Part shown: one piece after another, positions 1 to 11,270 of the stretch
Position numbering within the stretch: position 1 is the first letter of the stretch
How the letters are laid out: every line of letters begins with the position of its first letter
Origin: Amphiscolops sp. MND2022
Taxonomy: Eukaryota
Assembly (NCBI GenBank): GCA_964187785.1
Contig: OZ076409.1
Location: forward strand, 89,406,001 to 89,470,000
Reading direction: 5' to 3'
DNA: 64,000 nt
Translations under genes and position numbers: made by a program
Notes under the pieces: model-generated
Told to the model about the DNA's origin: nothing
Database searches by the model: none
Seen by the model: the letters and a program-made list of their open reading frames with translations, nothing else

Positions 1-39
1 TCAAGGCCTCATCCTTTCGCACCACTACCCCCCAACAAG

Positions 40-951
40 ATGGTGCTACCGCAAGGGGTGATGCCTCCCCCACCTGCGAGCAATGCCCCGCTAAACCAAG
101 CAGCGGCACAACTTGCCGTGCGTTTACCCTTGGTTGCTTGCTTTAATTGTGGCCAAACTGGACACTTTGCTCGAGACTGCCCTAATTGCGACCAAGCTCG
201 CAAACCACCGGCTGCTTCCAAGCCTGGAGGCGTGAAAGTCACTGCTGAAGATGTGACTGACGGTATTCTGGAAGGCTATCCCGGAATTCGTCAATGCAGC
301 AAGTGCGGAATTTTTGATCATGCAGACGCGCAATGCGGTGAGCACTCTAACTCGCTGAAACCAAGTGACGAATTCGCCTACAACCGATGTGCCGAGGTCG
401 AGTCGGCTGGCGTTGCTGCGCACACAGTACCCCTAGAGGATGACCGCGTATTAATGTTACACCCGGCGGAACCGCCAGCGTTTTACACCCCGCTACCAAT
501 TACTTGTGGTGAAAAACAAGTTCAAACCTGCTTAGAGCCTATCACGTTCGACCCACAAGGACGGACGTTGATCTCTATTCACCTGATGTTAGCCGCCGAT
601 CAACTGCGCAGACCAACGTTTACCCTGGCGAAGCTCTGGGTTGAATTATCCCTCCTCTATAGACGAGTTGAGTTGACCCGTCCCAAAGGATGGTACGTTC
701 CCGGAGATTTTGAAACTCTGACGACGTATTCCCCAGTGCCAATCTGTGCCACCATGGATGGTGTGGACGTAAAGTTTGAAGCCTGTGTGGTGGTGGATGT
801 GTTCCCACCTGGCATATGTCTGGGTCCCCAAGAACTGAAATGCTACAACATCAACCACCAGGAACCCCTTTGGTGGGGCACGGATAGACGAACGTGCGTC
901 ACTTGTTGTTTCGTTCGTAGTGCCCCAGGCGCCACCTATCCCACTACGTGA
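40..951 (+). pseudogene. gag: gag C-terminus (CCHC zinc knuckles) followed by a degenerate retropepsin-like segment
   Basis: CFNCGQTGHFARDC and CSKCGIFDHADAQC. The later VKFEACVVVDVFPPGICLGPQELKCYNI resembles a retropepsin C-terminus. Frameshift near 870-920. Confidence 0.8.
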
Positions 952-3760
952 ACTAGTGGACACCGGTTCAGGCGTATCAATATTGACGTTCTCCGCCTTC
1001 AATCGAGTGGCAGCTCGGACCGGTACTGTCCTAAAGCCCTATCAAATCGACTTGTACGCTGCCAACGGAAAAACAAGAAAGACCTTTGGACTACCAGAGC
1101 AGATTCGTTTCCAATTGGGAGGGTACGAACTTGAAACCAACTTTGTCGTAGTGGACGATGCAATGGGCGTGGAAGACTTTCTGCTAGGCCGGAACTTCCT
1201 TCGTTCCTATCAGGTCCTGGTGGATCTCTTGTCCATGAAGATTGTGGTGCGAGCACCCGTAAAGCCCGTCTGGCATCATGCACACGCGCAGGTAGGTGCT
1301 ACTTCGATAGCTACCCCGGTTGCCTTGGACAGCGATCTAATCCTACAGCCTTTCGAGCGCACAGTGGTTAAAGCCAAGCTCATCACTGACGCGCTTGAAC
1401 CATTGATCTTTCAAAGTGTATCCTTGAACGCAGCCATTGCAGACGCGTCGTTGCACAATGTTGTATTTTTAGAGGACAGCGTCGCCACTGTCAGCGAGTC
1501 AGGCTTGGTGTTCGTCAGCCTGATGAACCTAACAAACAACCCTCAACGTGTGCGGAAGGGAACACGACTAGGCCATGTAGTACCGGTCTCGTCTCCTTGG
1601 TCTACCAGGCCATCCCTCAGCAAACGCCAGACAATACTGAGGTCAATAACGACCATCTTTCGTTTGTAAATAGAGTTTATGAGAAAATGAACTATAGTTA
1701 CTGACTCTCAATTAACCTCTTCGTCCGAATTTGAATTTTTGTCTTCAACTGAGCCAACCGAAGCTGGTCTTTCAGAGCGTGAGGTACGCAAGCGCACGGA
1801 CCCGGAGCTCATGGCTCCCATACCGGGACCTGAGCCACAGCTTAAGGAGGTCCAGGACCTCTGGGGCCCAGCGGCCTGTACAGCGCTTGAGAACATTCTT
1901 ACAGAGTTCGATGATTTGTTCATGAAACACAAAGCTGACATTGGTCGATGCACCATAGCCAAGCATCCAGTGGAGGTAGAGCCAGGCGCCATACCTCACC
2001 GCGAGGGTGCAAGGCGCATGTCTCCTGAAAAAGCCGAACAGGCTAATCAGGAAGTGGGCAACTTGCTTGCCTTGGGAATGATCCAACCTTCCCTGTCCCC
2101 TTGGGCAAGCGGAATTGTGATGGTGAAGAAAAAGAACGGCGAGTTACGCTTCTGCTGTGACTTCCGCCCCCTGAATGAAGTCACTGTAAAGGATGCATAT
2201 CCATTGCCTCGTATCGATGAGAGCCTAGCCAGGCTGGGCAAAGCTGAAATCTATACTAGCGTAGATCTAGCTTGGGCATTTTGAAAAATTCCGGTTCGGA
2301 AAGCTGATCGCCAAAAAACCGCCTTTGCCTGCGAGTTAGGATTGTTCGAGTGGAGACGCATGCCCTTTGGCATGTGCAATGCATCTGCCACCTTCCAAAG
2401 AGCAATAACACGAGCACTACGCAACATCGTGAATCGTGAAGGTAGCAAGGTCATGGCCTACATAGATGATATAGTCATCGCCACGGAAACCGTGGAAGAC
2501 CACATGATACGTCTCCGTGAGGTTTTCAACAGCTTGCGCGAGGCTGGCTTCAAAATGCGAGTTGCTAAGTGTGATTTCATGAAGTCCGAAATCAAGTACC
2601 TCGGTCGTGCAGTGTCCGCGGAAGGGATAAAGCCTGACCCCAAGGCCGTTGAAAAGCTGCGCGACTGGGACGTTCCGCGTAACAAGACGGAAATGCAAAA
2701 CTTCCTAGGCTTTGCCAATTATTACCGCGAGTTCATTCCCTGGCATGCCAAACTGGTGGTCCCCTTGCATGCCATCACTGGCCTCAACGCTACTTTCGCT
2801 TGGGGATCCGAACAACAGCTTGCCTTCAACGAAATAAAAAAAACGCACATCGATGCCACCGCACTGGCGCAACCGGACTCCGAAGGCGAATTTATACTGG
2901 ATACCGATGCTAGTGCTGTCGCCATCTCTGGCATCCTCCACCAGTGGTAAGGCCCACCTGGAGAGCGACGTTTACGTCCAATACTCTATGGTAGCAAGAA
3001 GCTCACCGCTACGCAAGCCAAATACGGAGCGCCTAAACTGGAAATGTACGCTGCTTATCACTTCATTGTGAAAAATCACAGCTACCTTTGCCCGCGCAAA
3101 TTCACGCTGAGGGTGGACAATCAGGCCCTCTCATGGCTCAAAACGTATTCTACCGACCAAGCCCTGATTGGCAGGTGGATCATGACGCTGGAGAAATAGC
3201 ATTTCCGAATCGAACATCGACCCTGAACACAACATCGCAATGCCGATGGATTGTCCAAACGAACAAATGATTATCGATGGAGAGAACAACAACTCGAGAA
3301 GCTGCCCCCAGTTGCAGAGCGCTGGAATTTTCTATCTCAAGAGGAATACGAACAGCTGCCCATAGCACCCTGGTTCGATCTACAAGGCCGGATTATCCCG
3401 AACCATCCTGAGCGACCTGAACACCTCAAGAACCTGCAGCCCACACCTCCTGATATTGTCCAACGCGTGGTCCGCCGCGCACAACGTGACCGATGACGAA
3501 ACCAACGGCAGAAGGCACTGGAAGCACCTTTGCCGCAACCACCACCCCCAGGTCTTCATGCTCACGAAGACTTCTATCCCGACTTTCCAGAGTACTCCAG
3601 AGTACGTTCCACAAAAAGGTTCACCGAAACTAATGCGAGCTTGGCGTGGCCCGCATCGCATTTTTCATACTCTCCAGGATGGACGTGTATACATCCTGGA
3701 CACAGGACAAAAGGTCCACTTTGAACGTTTGAAACCTCATTATAGTGGCCCCTTGGAATT
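920..3760 (+). pseudogene. pol: pol remnant: aspartic protease, reverse transcriptase, RNase H; integrase core missing
   Basis: LVDTGSGVS...FLLGRNFL (protease); SPWASGIVMVKKK-LRFCCDFRPLN-DAYPLPRID, MPFGMCNASATFQ, AYIDD (RT); FILDTDASAVAISG...HRNADGLS (RNase H); PKLMRAWRGPH. In-frame stops at 2282, 2948, 3198, 3225, 3494 and several frameshifts. Confidence 0.92.
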
Positions 3761-4039
3761 TGCCGCCACCCCATTAGATGCCGGTGACATCGCCGTGGTG
3801 ATGGATCCTGAGCCCAAGCGCTCCATGGAACCTATTGATGATGATTGCTCCAAGCCCTCCTATCACTCTGAACAAGTACTTTCAGAGGCATCGGATGTGT
3901 CACTACAATCTAGGCAACGCCATTGGATGGACACTAGATTGCGCACAAAGCTGCGCGCAGGAGGAACCCGCCAGCATTATCAACAGTTCGATTACACCAC
4001 GTCTGAGACCGACGATGAAACATCGATACGGAGTCGAAG

Positions 4040-4988
4040 TAGAACCAGGTGGCGTGTATAGTCCAGCCCCGCACTGGTGGCTGTTGGTGACTGCATCGCG
4101 TGTAGATGCGCTAGTGGAACCACGGAATTTGCTGCTATGCCTGGAAAGTTTGAGGACTTCCACAACGGAACACCTAGTCTTGTGTTTCCACCTTATTGAC
4201 TGGTATCGTGGGAAAGTAATATTTCGCTGGTGGTTGGAGCTGATCATAACGTGCTTCACCAACTACCCCCGCATTCGTCTATTGGACGAATGGATTCACA
4301 CTTTTGAGGAGCCCCTGCAAATGAGAGCAGCACTGAACACGCTGGACACATGAGTCCGAGCAAGTGTGGATAACCAAGCGTTGCCGCGCTCGGTATGGCA
4401 GGATTTAGCCGCGATACAGGGTCGCACCCCACGCGTATGCTTACCCCCTGATAATGGACAGGGTAGGCAAATAGTGTATCCCGGCAGTCTACGCCCGAAC
4501 ATGGTGGAATACATTTCTTATGACACCACTGACTTCTTGCAAGTCGATGGGCATATAGCCCTGGCGTGCCCGGCGGATTTAGAAACCAGCTCGGCAGCAC
4601 TGCGCTACGTGTTGCGGGAATGCGGCAAGGAGCAAGTGTTCTCACTGCGCCCCCGGGTAGGAGAAATTCTGACCCTGACCCCTGCAATCACCAATAAACC
4701 CACCCAGACCATACACTTGCTAATCACCCGTGCGAATGAACGCGCCCCGCTAATAGCAGATGATTTCCTATTATGCATGCGACAGTTGACGGCATGGCTA
4801 GAGGACGGGGGAATTGCCCGAGTCCATTTTTCGATACTGGATCCCGATACCTGACCAACTTTTACAAAGTACTAGTGGATTTGTTCGTGGATACGAACAT
4901 TCACGTAGTGCTTCACAATCGTGTGTACGTGTCTATACTTGGCATAGAGATAGGTGTTAAACCACCTGAGTGCCATTTCTCAAGTTGA
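4040..4988 (+). pseudogene. pol C-terminal extension with two putative TARG1/OARD1-like macrodomains (first one 5'-truncated)
   Basis: DFLQVDGHIALACPADLETSSAALRYV...VGEILTL...IHLLITR...DDFLLCMRQL...GIARVHF...VLVDLFVDTNIHVVLH parallels the TARG1 macrodomain pattern. The upstream WWLLVTA...LLLCLESL...WWLELIITCF repeats the C-terminal half. One stop (4351) and one frameshift (~4850). Confidence 0.65.
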
Positions 4989-5228
4989 TCTTGCTTGAGC
5001 AAAAGCTCATGTGAAATCGGTTTTAATTTCTGTTAGAGTACGTCTTTTCTGTCATTAAATTTTATTGAGATCTACGTTGAATGAGGACGCCTTCAGCGCC
5101 CCCTTAATTAACCTTTCTATATTTATCATCATGTTTTCCACTAACTCGTTCCCTTATGGAACCGGTTTCAATGATGCACCAGGTGACAGCAGTACCAAGG
5201 TTCTAATAGGCACCTATTTTAGACCAGG

Positions 5229-8200
5229 ATGGCATACCATCACAGTGCCCCTGCAGCAATGCCTGCCTCGACTCAACCCAATCAGGACGTTGCCCGAACG
5301 CAACGTGTAAGGCAAGTGCAGTACATTGAAGAAAGGCTGCGCAATGGCATCTCGCCAGCTGCCATTGCAGGGATCACTGCCCTTTTGGCGCAACTGGAGA
5401 CACAGCCCACACTGCCTAGCTTGGCAGTTTCAATAGTCGCCGATGTAGCTGGCTATAAGCGTACAATGACCTGTAAAAACGGCACTTGGGACGGCTACGA
5501 TTTGACCCACCCCTTCCTTGATGATCGCTCCTCAGTGGTGCGAGGTCCCAACGTACTCACAACAATGGAGCAGGAAGCGACGCTGCGGATCCCAATCGCC
5601 AACGTGCCGATGCCACAACCTCTCCCACCAGCACATCTGATAATCCAACCACAGACACCATCAATGCAGTCGACGAGTCAAGCAGCATACCTGCCCAGTG
5701 TGGATGCCATGATGCCCCCTGCAGCTCAAATGGCACCTTATGCCAGTGCTCCAGCGGCCAATGCGTCGCACATGGTATTAAGCACGACACCCCAGCAGGA
5801 GCCCGAGAACTCCTCTCCAAGGTCTATCGGTAGAGTGCAATCGGTGCAATCTTCTGCACCTTCATCTGCTCGCAGCAGCATCACTGCACCAGACATGTCA
5901 CAAAGAACGCCAAGTGAGCAGGCAGTCATTCAGGCCCTCCAAGCAGTGGCGAACTATCCAGAATCAAGAGAGTTCGTCAAAATTATGTCCAAGCAACTCC
6001 CAGGCCTACAAAACCTACTCGAAGCACCTGGTCCAAGCACCAGTTCAAATACACCCGGTCCTAGCACTACTAGGACTAGTGCCCCCTCACCCATCTCAGG
6101 ATTGTCACTTTTCTCGGATGAAGAGCTGGGTCGTAAACGAACCTCGCCGCATGGGCAATCACCGACAGTCAGTACCACCGACAGTCCAACAAGTCGCCTT
6201 TCCCCAGATAAACGTCAGCATGCGCTGCGTTCGGTAGTTATACAAGAGCCACCGAAAGTGGGCTACCCTGGTGTACCCATGCCCCAGATGGCAATGGACG
6301 AAGTTGTAGAACGATATACTCCAAGTCCGAGTTCTTCGGCAAATGCCGAGCGCTCGGGCACTTCAGTGACATCCTCAGCTTCCAGATCTGCAAAACCAAC
6401 ACCACCGCCATATTTTCCTCAGTCTGATAACGTTGCCGGAACTGTGGTAACGCGCGACGCCAATCGCATATGGCAAGTTGCCCCAAGGCTAGATGAGCGG
6501 CAATTTCGTGATCGACAGCGAGTTCCACCTTCGAGCGCTGACCAAGCTCAGCTGAAGAAGCTATCCATTGTAGCTCATGTGACGAGGACCTTGCGAGCCT
6601 ATGACGCCGACAAAGGTGAGCCAGCATGGGAGCAACAGGTAGTTCAGAGATTGACTACTGCTCATGACAATTATTTGCGACCCATGATGAATGACTTGCA
6701 TGCGCAGTGCAGCGCCGGATACTCATTGCAACAAGGCGAAACCTGGGAGACCCACGGACAGTATCCTCGAAGTCTCAAAGCCATCCAACCCATCAAAAAA
6801 TGCCCTACAGCGCACGCGCTACTGCGTGATCATGGACTCAACGGTCCCATGCGACCTTCATTTTGACAACTTGGTTCCGGATGTCCTGGTAGTAACCATG
6901 CCCTTGTCGCGACTGCCAGAGATGGCCGAAGTAGCCATTGCCATGTTCGCCCCGGAATTGGAAAGATCTCAAAGGCAGCCACCACCGCGGAGGGTCATTT
7001 TCTCCAATTTAATGGACCATATGGCTTGTGCAGGCCAGTTGCAAGACCTGCCGCGCTTACTACGCGAGATGACCACTCGTGACGCCGCCAGAAATGAAAT
7101 ATCGAGATTGTTGCACCAAATTGCCACTGCGATGGAGCGTACAGCAGAGAAGCTCCGCACTCAGTTGGGAGTGCCATCCCTGTTTGTTTCTCCTCCAGGC
7201 ATGCTGTACTGGGGAGGGATGTTCCAACAATTCGTATAAATGCTGAGTGAGGTGTGCAAAGCTCGTGACACCGAGTTTTACTTGTGCGCGCCCAACTTAC
7301 GCGTCAGCAAAACGGACTTGCGCCCCGCAGCACTGTCGGCACACGCATACCTAGCAGCAATTTCACGCCTATTGCAGCCAGTGGAAAAGGGAGGCAATGC
7401 ACAGCTCACTTGAGATGATGCAGTCTACTATGATCATGGAATGCGTCTAGGCACGCTAACTTTCGATGAGAATGGCAACCGGACTCGTCCAGAGGCCACA
7501 CTCAAAGAGCGCGAGAACATGCGCCGGTACAACTGGTTGGTGCGGGAAGCCCACCCAAATACAATTAAGGCGGATCTAGCTGCAGTTTGGGATCAGATTG
7601 GCAGATGGCCTCTCAACCGCGAGAGCGAGCGAACGATTCCTCAGATCCAGTTTGCCAACAACACTGAAATTATCAAAATGCCACTGGGTGTGAGGCATCT
7701 GGTAGCGCAAGAAGCCGTTACCCTCAATGAACTGGTCCAGGCGCGTAAGGTCACGTATGGTGACTGGTATCAGGACCGATTGGCCACCGTTACCTTGGAA
7801 ATGGCAGCCAGAGGATTGTCTGCGTCCTTCCGGCGCTGCTAACAAGTTTCGGCTTGGGCTGGCATTTGGATGTGATTGCCGCCGAATTTTGTCTGACCGA
7901 TGACCAGTTAAAAAGACTCACTGACTTGCTGCAGCGAACCACAGTCAATGAGGTACTGGCTCTTGCATTGGCCTTGGGCCCCACTAAATTTGTGGCTGGT
8001 CCCCTCGCCATTCTCGTAGATTTGACCACTACCGGAGGGATTCTAGAATTCTATACGTATCTGGTTCTCGCACAAGGAAAGTTGACCAGCTTGATTGGTT
8101 TCGGAGAGTTACTATTCTTGCAGAATGGGCACAACTACACCGAACACCTATTTCGCATGAGAGCTTCAGTGCAACACTGGTTATACTCAACTCTGATCTA

Positions 8201-9490
8201 TGCATCAGGTATATTCTTAGGAGTTGACCAGGCTCAACCCTTCATCACCCTGACGCGCAACTGCCGCGCGAGAACGCAGGCTTTCCACTGCCACAGCAGT
8301 TGGCAGACTTAACACTCGCTGAAGTGGAGGACCTGGTCCCTGTCCTTGCGCCAGTACTGATTCCTATCATTGGAGCTTTAGGCGTACTGCGCTATCCCAC
8401 TAAACCCGTCTCCATGGCAGTCCAAGTGGCAACTGTCTCAATATTTACCTACCTGCAAGGAAGTTCACCCATGTCATATGGTGCATGATTCAAGAAACCT
8501 TGAGCGGTGAGATGCCACAAGCATACACGACCATCAAACTGAGCTTCGAGCTGAGGAGAATATGATGGGTGTCATTCGTACCCGCGCGCGCAAAGCCGCT
8601 GTGCTCCCTCGTGAATATGGACCAGTCAACTGGTATAACGCACCAATGGACCTCCATGGACAACCCTTTCGGTTCCCATGGACCGTGGACTTTATAAAGA
8701 AAACTATCAATTCTAGTCTGGATGCAAGTCCCACGGTTCGCTCGGATTATAAGTTCAAGTTTATCAACCGCTATTGGAAAGAGCCCGTGGGATATCCCGT
8801 GCCCGCCCAATCGCGCGCGGCCAGGAGCTTTTGAACCACTAGCTTCGCCACACAGACTATGCGAATGTGCCACAATGGATTAGCGTCGCTGCGCAGGTGC
8901 GTGACCGCAGTCTCTCCCGCCGGATGGCCCCATTACAGTATGAGCCGGTCTGGCGTCCGCAAGGCCGAATGACAAAGTCGGGAGATATGCCACTGACGTT
9001 ATAGGATATTGTAAATCAAGTGCTGAGCGCGGAAGTGCGCGCCGAGTGGGATGACGAATGTCTCCACCCAGAAGTGACGAATTTCGAGATGTGGAAGAAG
9101 GCGTGTACTCTGTGGAAGCAGAGCGGATGGATTTCAAAACGTGTAGCTCTAGCAGCTCATCATCGCGCTGAAGAGGAGCGTGCTCAGCGCTATGCTCCAA
9201 CACCATCCCAAAACACCGCTGCCCCTATTATGGCCATGTCCTTGGAGCAAACCCTCTCCGTGGAAGCTGCATCCTTGGAAGATGAGGCTACAGTTGAGAC
9301 AGCTATGCCTGTAGCCCCTAGTCCTTCCGGTGAGCACACGGCAGAGCTTACGCCCAATGCGGCACTAGCTGACCCCATTGGACAATTAACCATCGACACC
9401 GAGGCGCCTACCAGACGCGTATCCACGAGCGATGTCTCACCACCTAAGGAAACTTCTCCTCGCAGCAGAAACAGGTCTGCCGCCCAATGA
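5229..9490 (+). pseudogene. Large accessory ORF (~1400 codons once stops and frameshifts are bridged): Pro/Ser-rich region, SGNH-hydrolase-like segment, hydrophobic helical region
   Basis: ORF fragments 5229-6866, 6691-7239, 7441-7842, 7854-8312, 8300-8488, 8562-8834 and 9020-9490 tile end to end on the + strand between pol and the PPT. Confidence 0.7.
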
Positions 9491-10288
9491 AGCACATCTG
9501 CCAATACGAAGGTGAGCCCGAGGGCTCACACAAGACCAAACAAAGCTAGGCCTTCTCTTGCCGTACTCCTGATACAAACTCATGATAAACACTTTAGCCT
9601 TACCTTGGTGCTGTATTAATTTCGGTGCAATTTTAGTTGATAGTTTGTAGATCAGATGTTTTCACTGCGTGCCTTGGGTGTACGGTCATTGAGTGCGCCT
9701 GCCCCTTGTGCTGATATTACGTTAACGAAGTTCAACAAAAAGATAATAACAATCATTGTTTTTCCTTGATGAATGCCTCCAGTGACGCTCGAAAAAAGAG
9801 ATCCAGGTGCGCTAGCACAGCAGACTAGCAAGAAAATCTTTTAAAAGTAGTCTGACACTCTTACGTTAAGTCGTGTGTGTTCTATCGATTGTCCACTTTT
9901 AAGTAGAGCCGATGCGCTCTTACAAAAAGATATTTTTAGCAAAAAGAAACTAAAAAAAACGAGTCCTGACTGAACTGAAAAAGTTTTTTTAGCAGGCACG
10001 TGCCGCAAAAAAACGTTTTAGCCAGCCAAAGGTGCTTTAAACAGCTCTAGCGATTGAAAATTTCTAGCTCTCGCGCTGGTGCTATAAACGACTCAAATTT
10101 TTTCTGTAAAATATTAGGTTTTGCAGTAAAATTGTCATAAGATCCAAAAGGCAATGTCCTCAGGTGGCTGTTCTATGCAACGGCGATCCGACTTCAAGAT
10201 GTATCCACAGCATGTGAGGGACCCTACTCTCAGCGAAGACCGCTACGATGCTTGCCAGGGACGACAAGCCAGGAGCCCGGGGAGTGGA

Positions 10289-11018
10289 TGTAACGGCATC
10301 CTGTGATCAACGACGATTTTCGAAATTTTCGAAATTCGCTAAAAAATTCGTTCAAGGATGACGTGGCACTCGAACATGGTTTTCTTTCGAAGTACCTGCC
10401 CAGAGAAGCATAGAAAGCTGAACGAGCAGACCCCGCGGAGCGGAGAGAACCGAAAAAGCGTAAGATGGACCTGTGAAACGGCCCGAGAGCCTAGCCTATG
10501 CGCTAAAACTTCGTAAAGACCCACGGTGATAAGATGAAAACATATTGTGCCAGACAACCCATATGTTGAGATAATTGCCATTCCCGGACCCTGGGTTGTG
10601 ATCAGCCCAAGAACCGCCGGTGCCATGCCACCTAGACTCAACCATTCGCCAAAGACTGGATTTAACTCTTTTATGGGGCCGTTTTAGTGATTTGTTTGAT
10701 TAATTTGTTGTTCGAGAGCTTTTGATGCTATTTACGATTCTGGACAATTCAATTGAGTTCTATGCGACTAGCCCCATTTTTATAGGCTGTTTAGACGGTG
10801 GCTGTGAAGAGAAAAAGCACAATGCCCGTTATTCCCAGCAGTTAAAGACTGGAACAGGTCAGAGAGCATCCCTTGGAACGGTTCCCCCTCCTCGGGACCG
10901 GCTACCCACAGGAGGACAAAGTGAGCTGGTGCTATGGTGGTTTGTCCCGGACCATATCCATAGTGTCAGTTCCTCCACTCCAATGTTTCGTCCCAAACGC
11001 TTAGCGCTTGCCGTTACA
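10289..11018 (+). repeat. 3' LTR (730 bp)
   Basis: Starts TGTAACGGCA immediately after AGGAGCCCGGGGAGTGGA and ends TGCCGTTACA, a perfect 10-bp terminal inverted repeat. Confidence 0.85.
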
Positions 11019-11270
11019 TTGCGTAGTACGATCTCACTACGACATCATGCCGATCGTAGTATGAATCATGGCTGAAAAAAGTTACGATCACGGCTAAAAT
11101 TTTTACATGATCGTGCTGCGATTTCAGTGCGATCAAACTACGATTTGTATTGAGGGACCACCCGGGTAGTTTATCTTTGGTTTCCAACAATTTTCCACAG
11201 AATGCACAAAATACCTTGAGACGCACTTGAAAGGTTTTCAATGTTTCACCTGGTTCACAATTTGTTCCAG

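Larger units (their letters stand above)
1..11018 (+). mobile_element. Large decayed Ty3/gypsy LTR retrotransposon (5' part outside window) with accessory coding capacity
   Basis: Collinear gag CCHC knuckle, retropepsin, RT (YIDD), RNase H and GPY/F-like motif, then extra ORFs, a purine-rich PPT (10271-10288) and a TG...CA LTR (10289-11018). GC content is clearly higher than the flanks. Confidence 0.93.

Noticed and set aside
1290..1600. dUTPase between protease and RT
   Set aside because: A beta-rich segment common in gypsy pol; no dUTPase catalytic motifs are visible.
2282..7413. Alternative genetic code (TGA=Trp) suggested by TGA at Trp positions
   Set aside because: TAA and TAG stops and frameshifts also occur, and host genes use TGG for Trp and TGA as stop. 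This is ordinary decay.
124..9504. Many minus-strand ORFs within the first gypsy element
   Set aside because: Antisense shadows of GC-rich coding sequence with no motifs.
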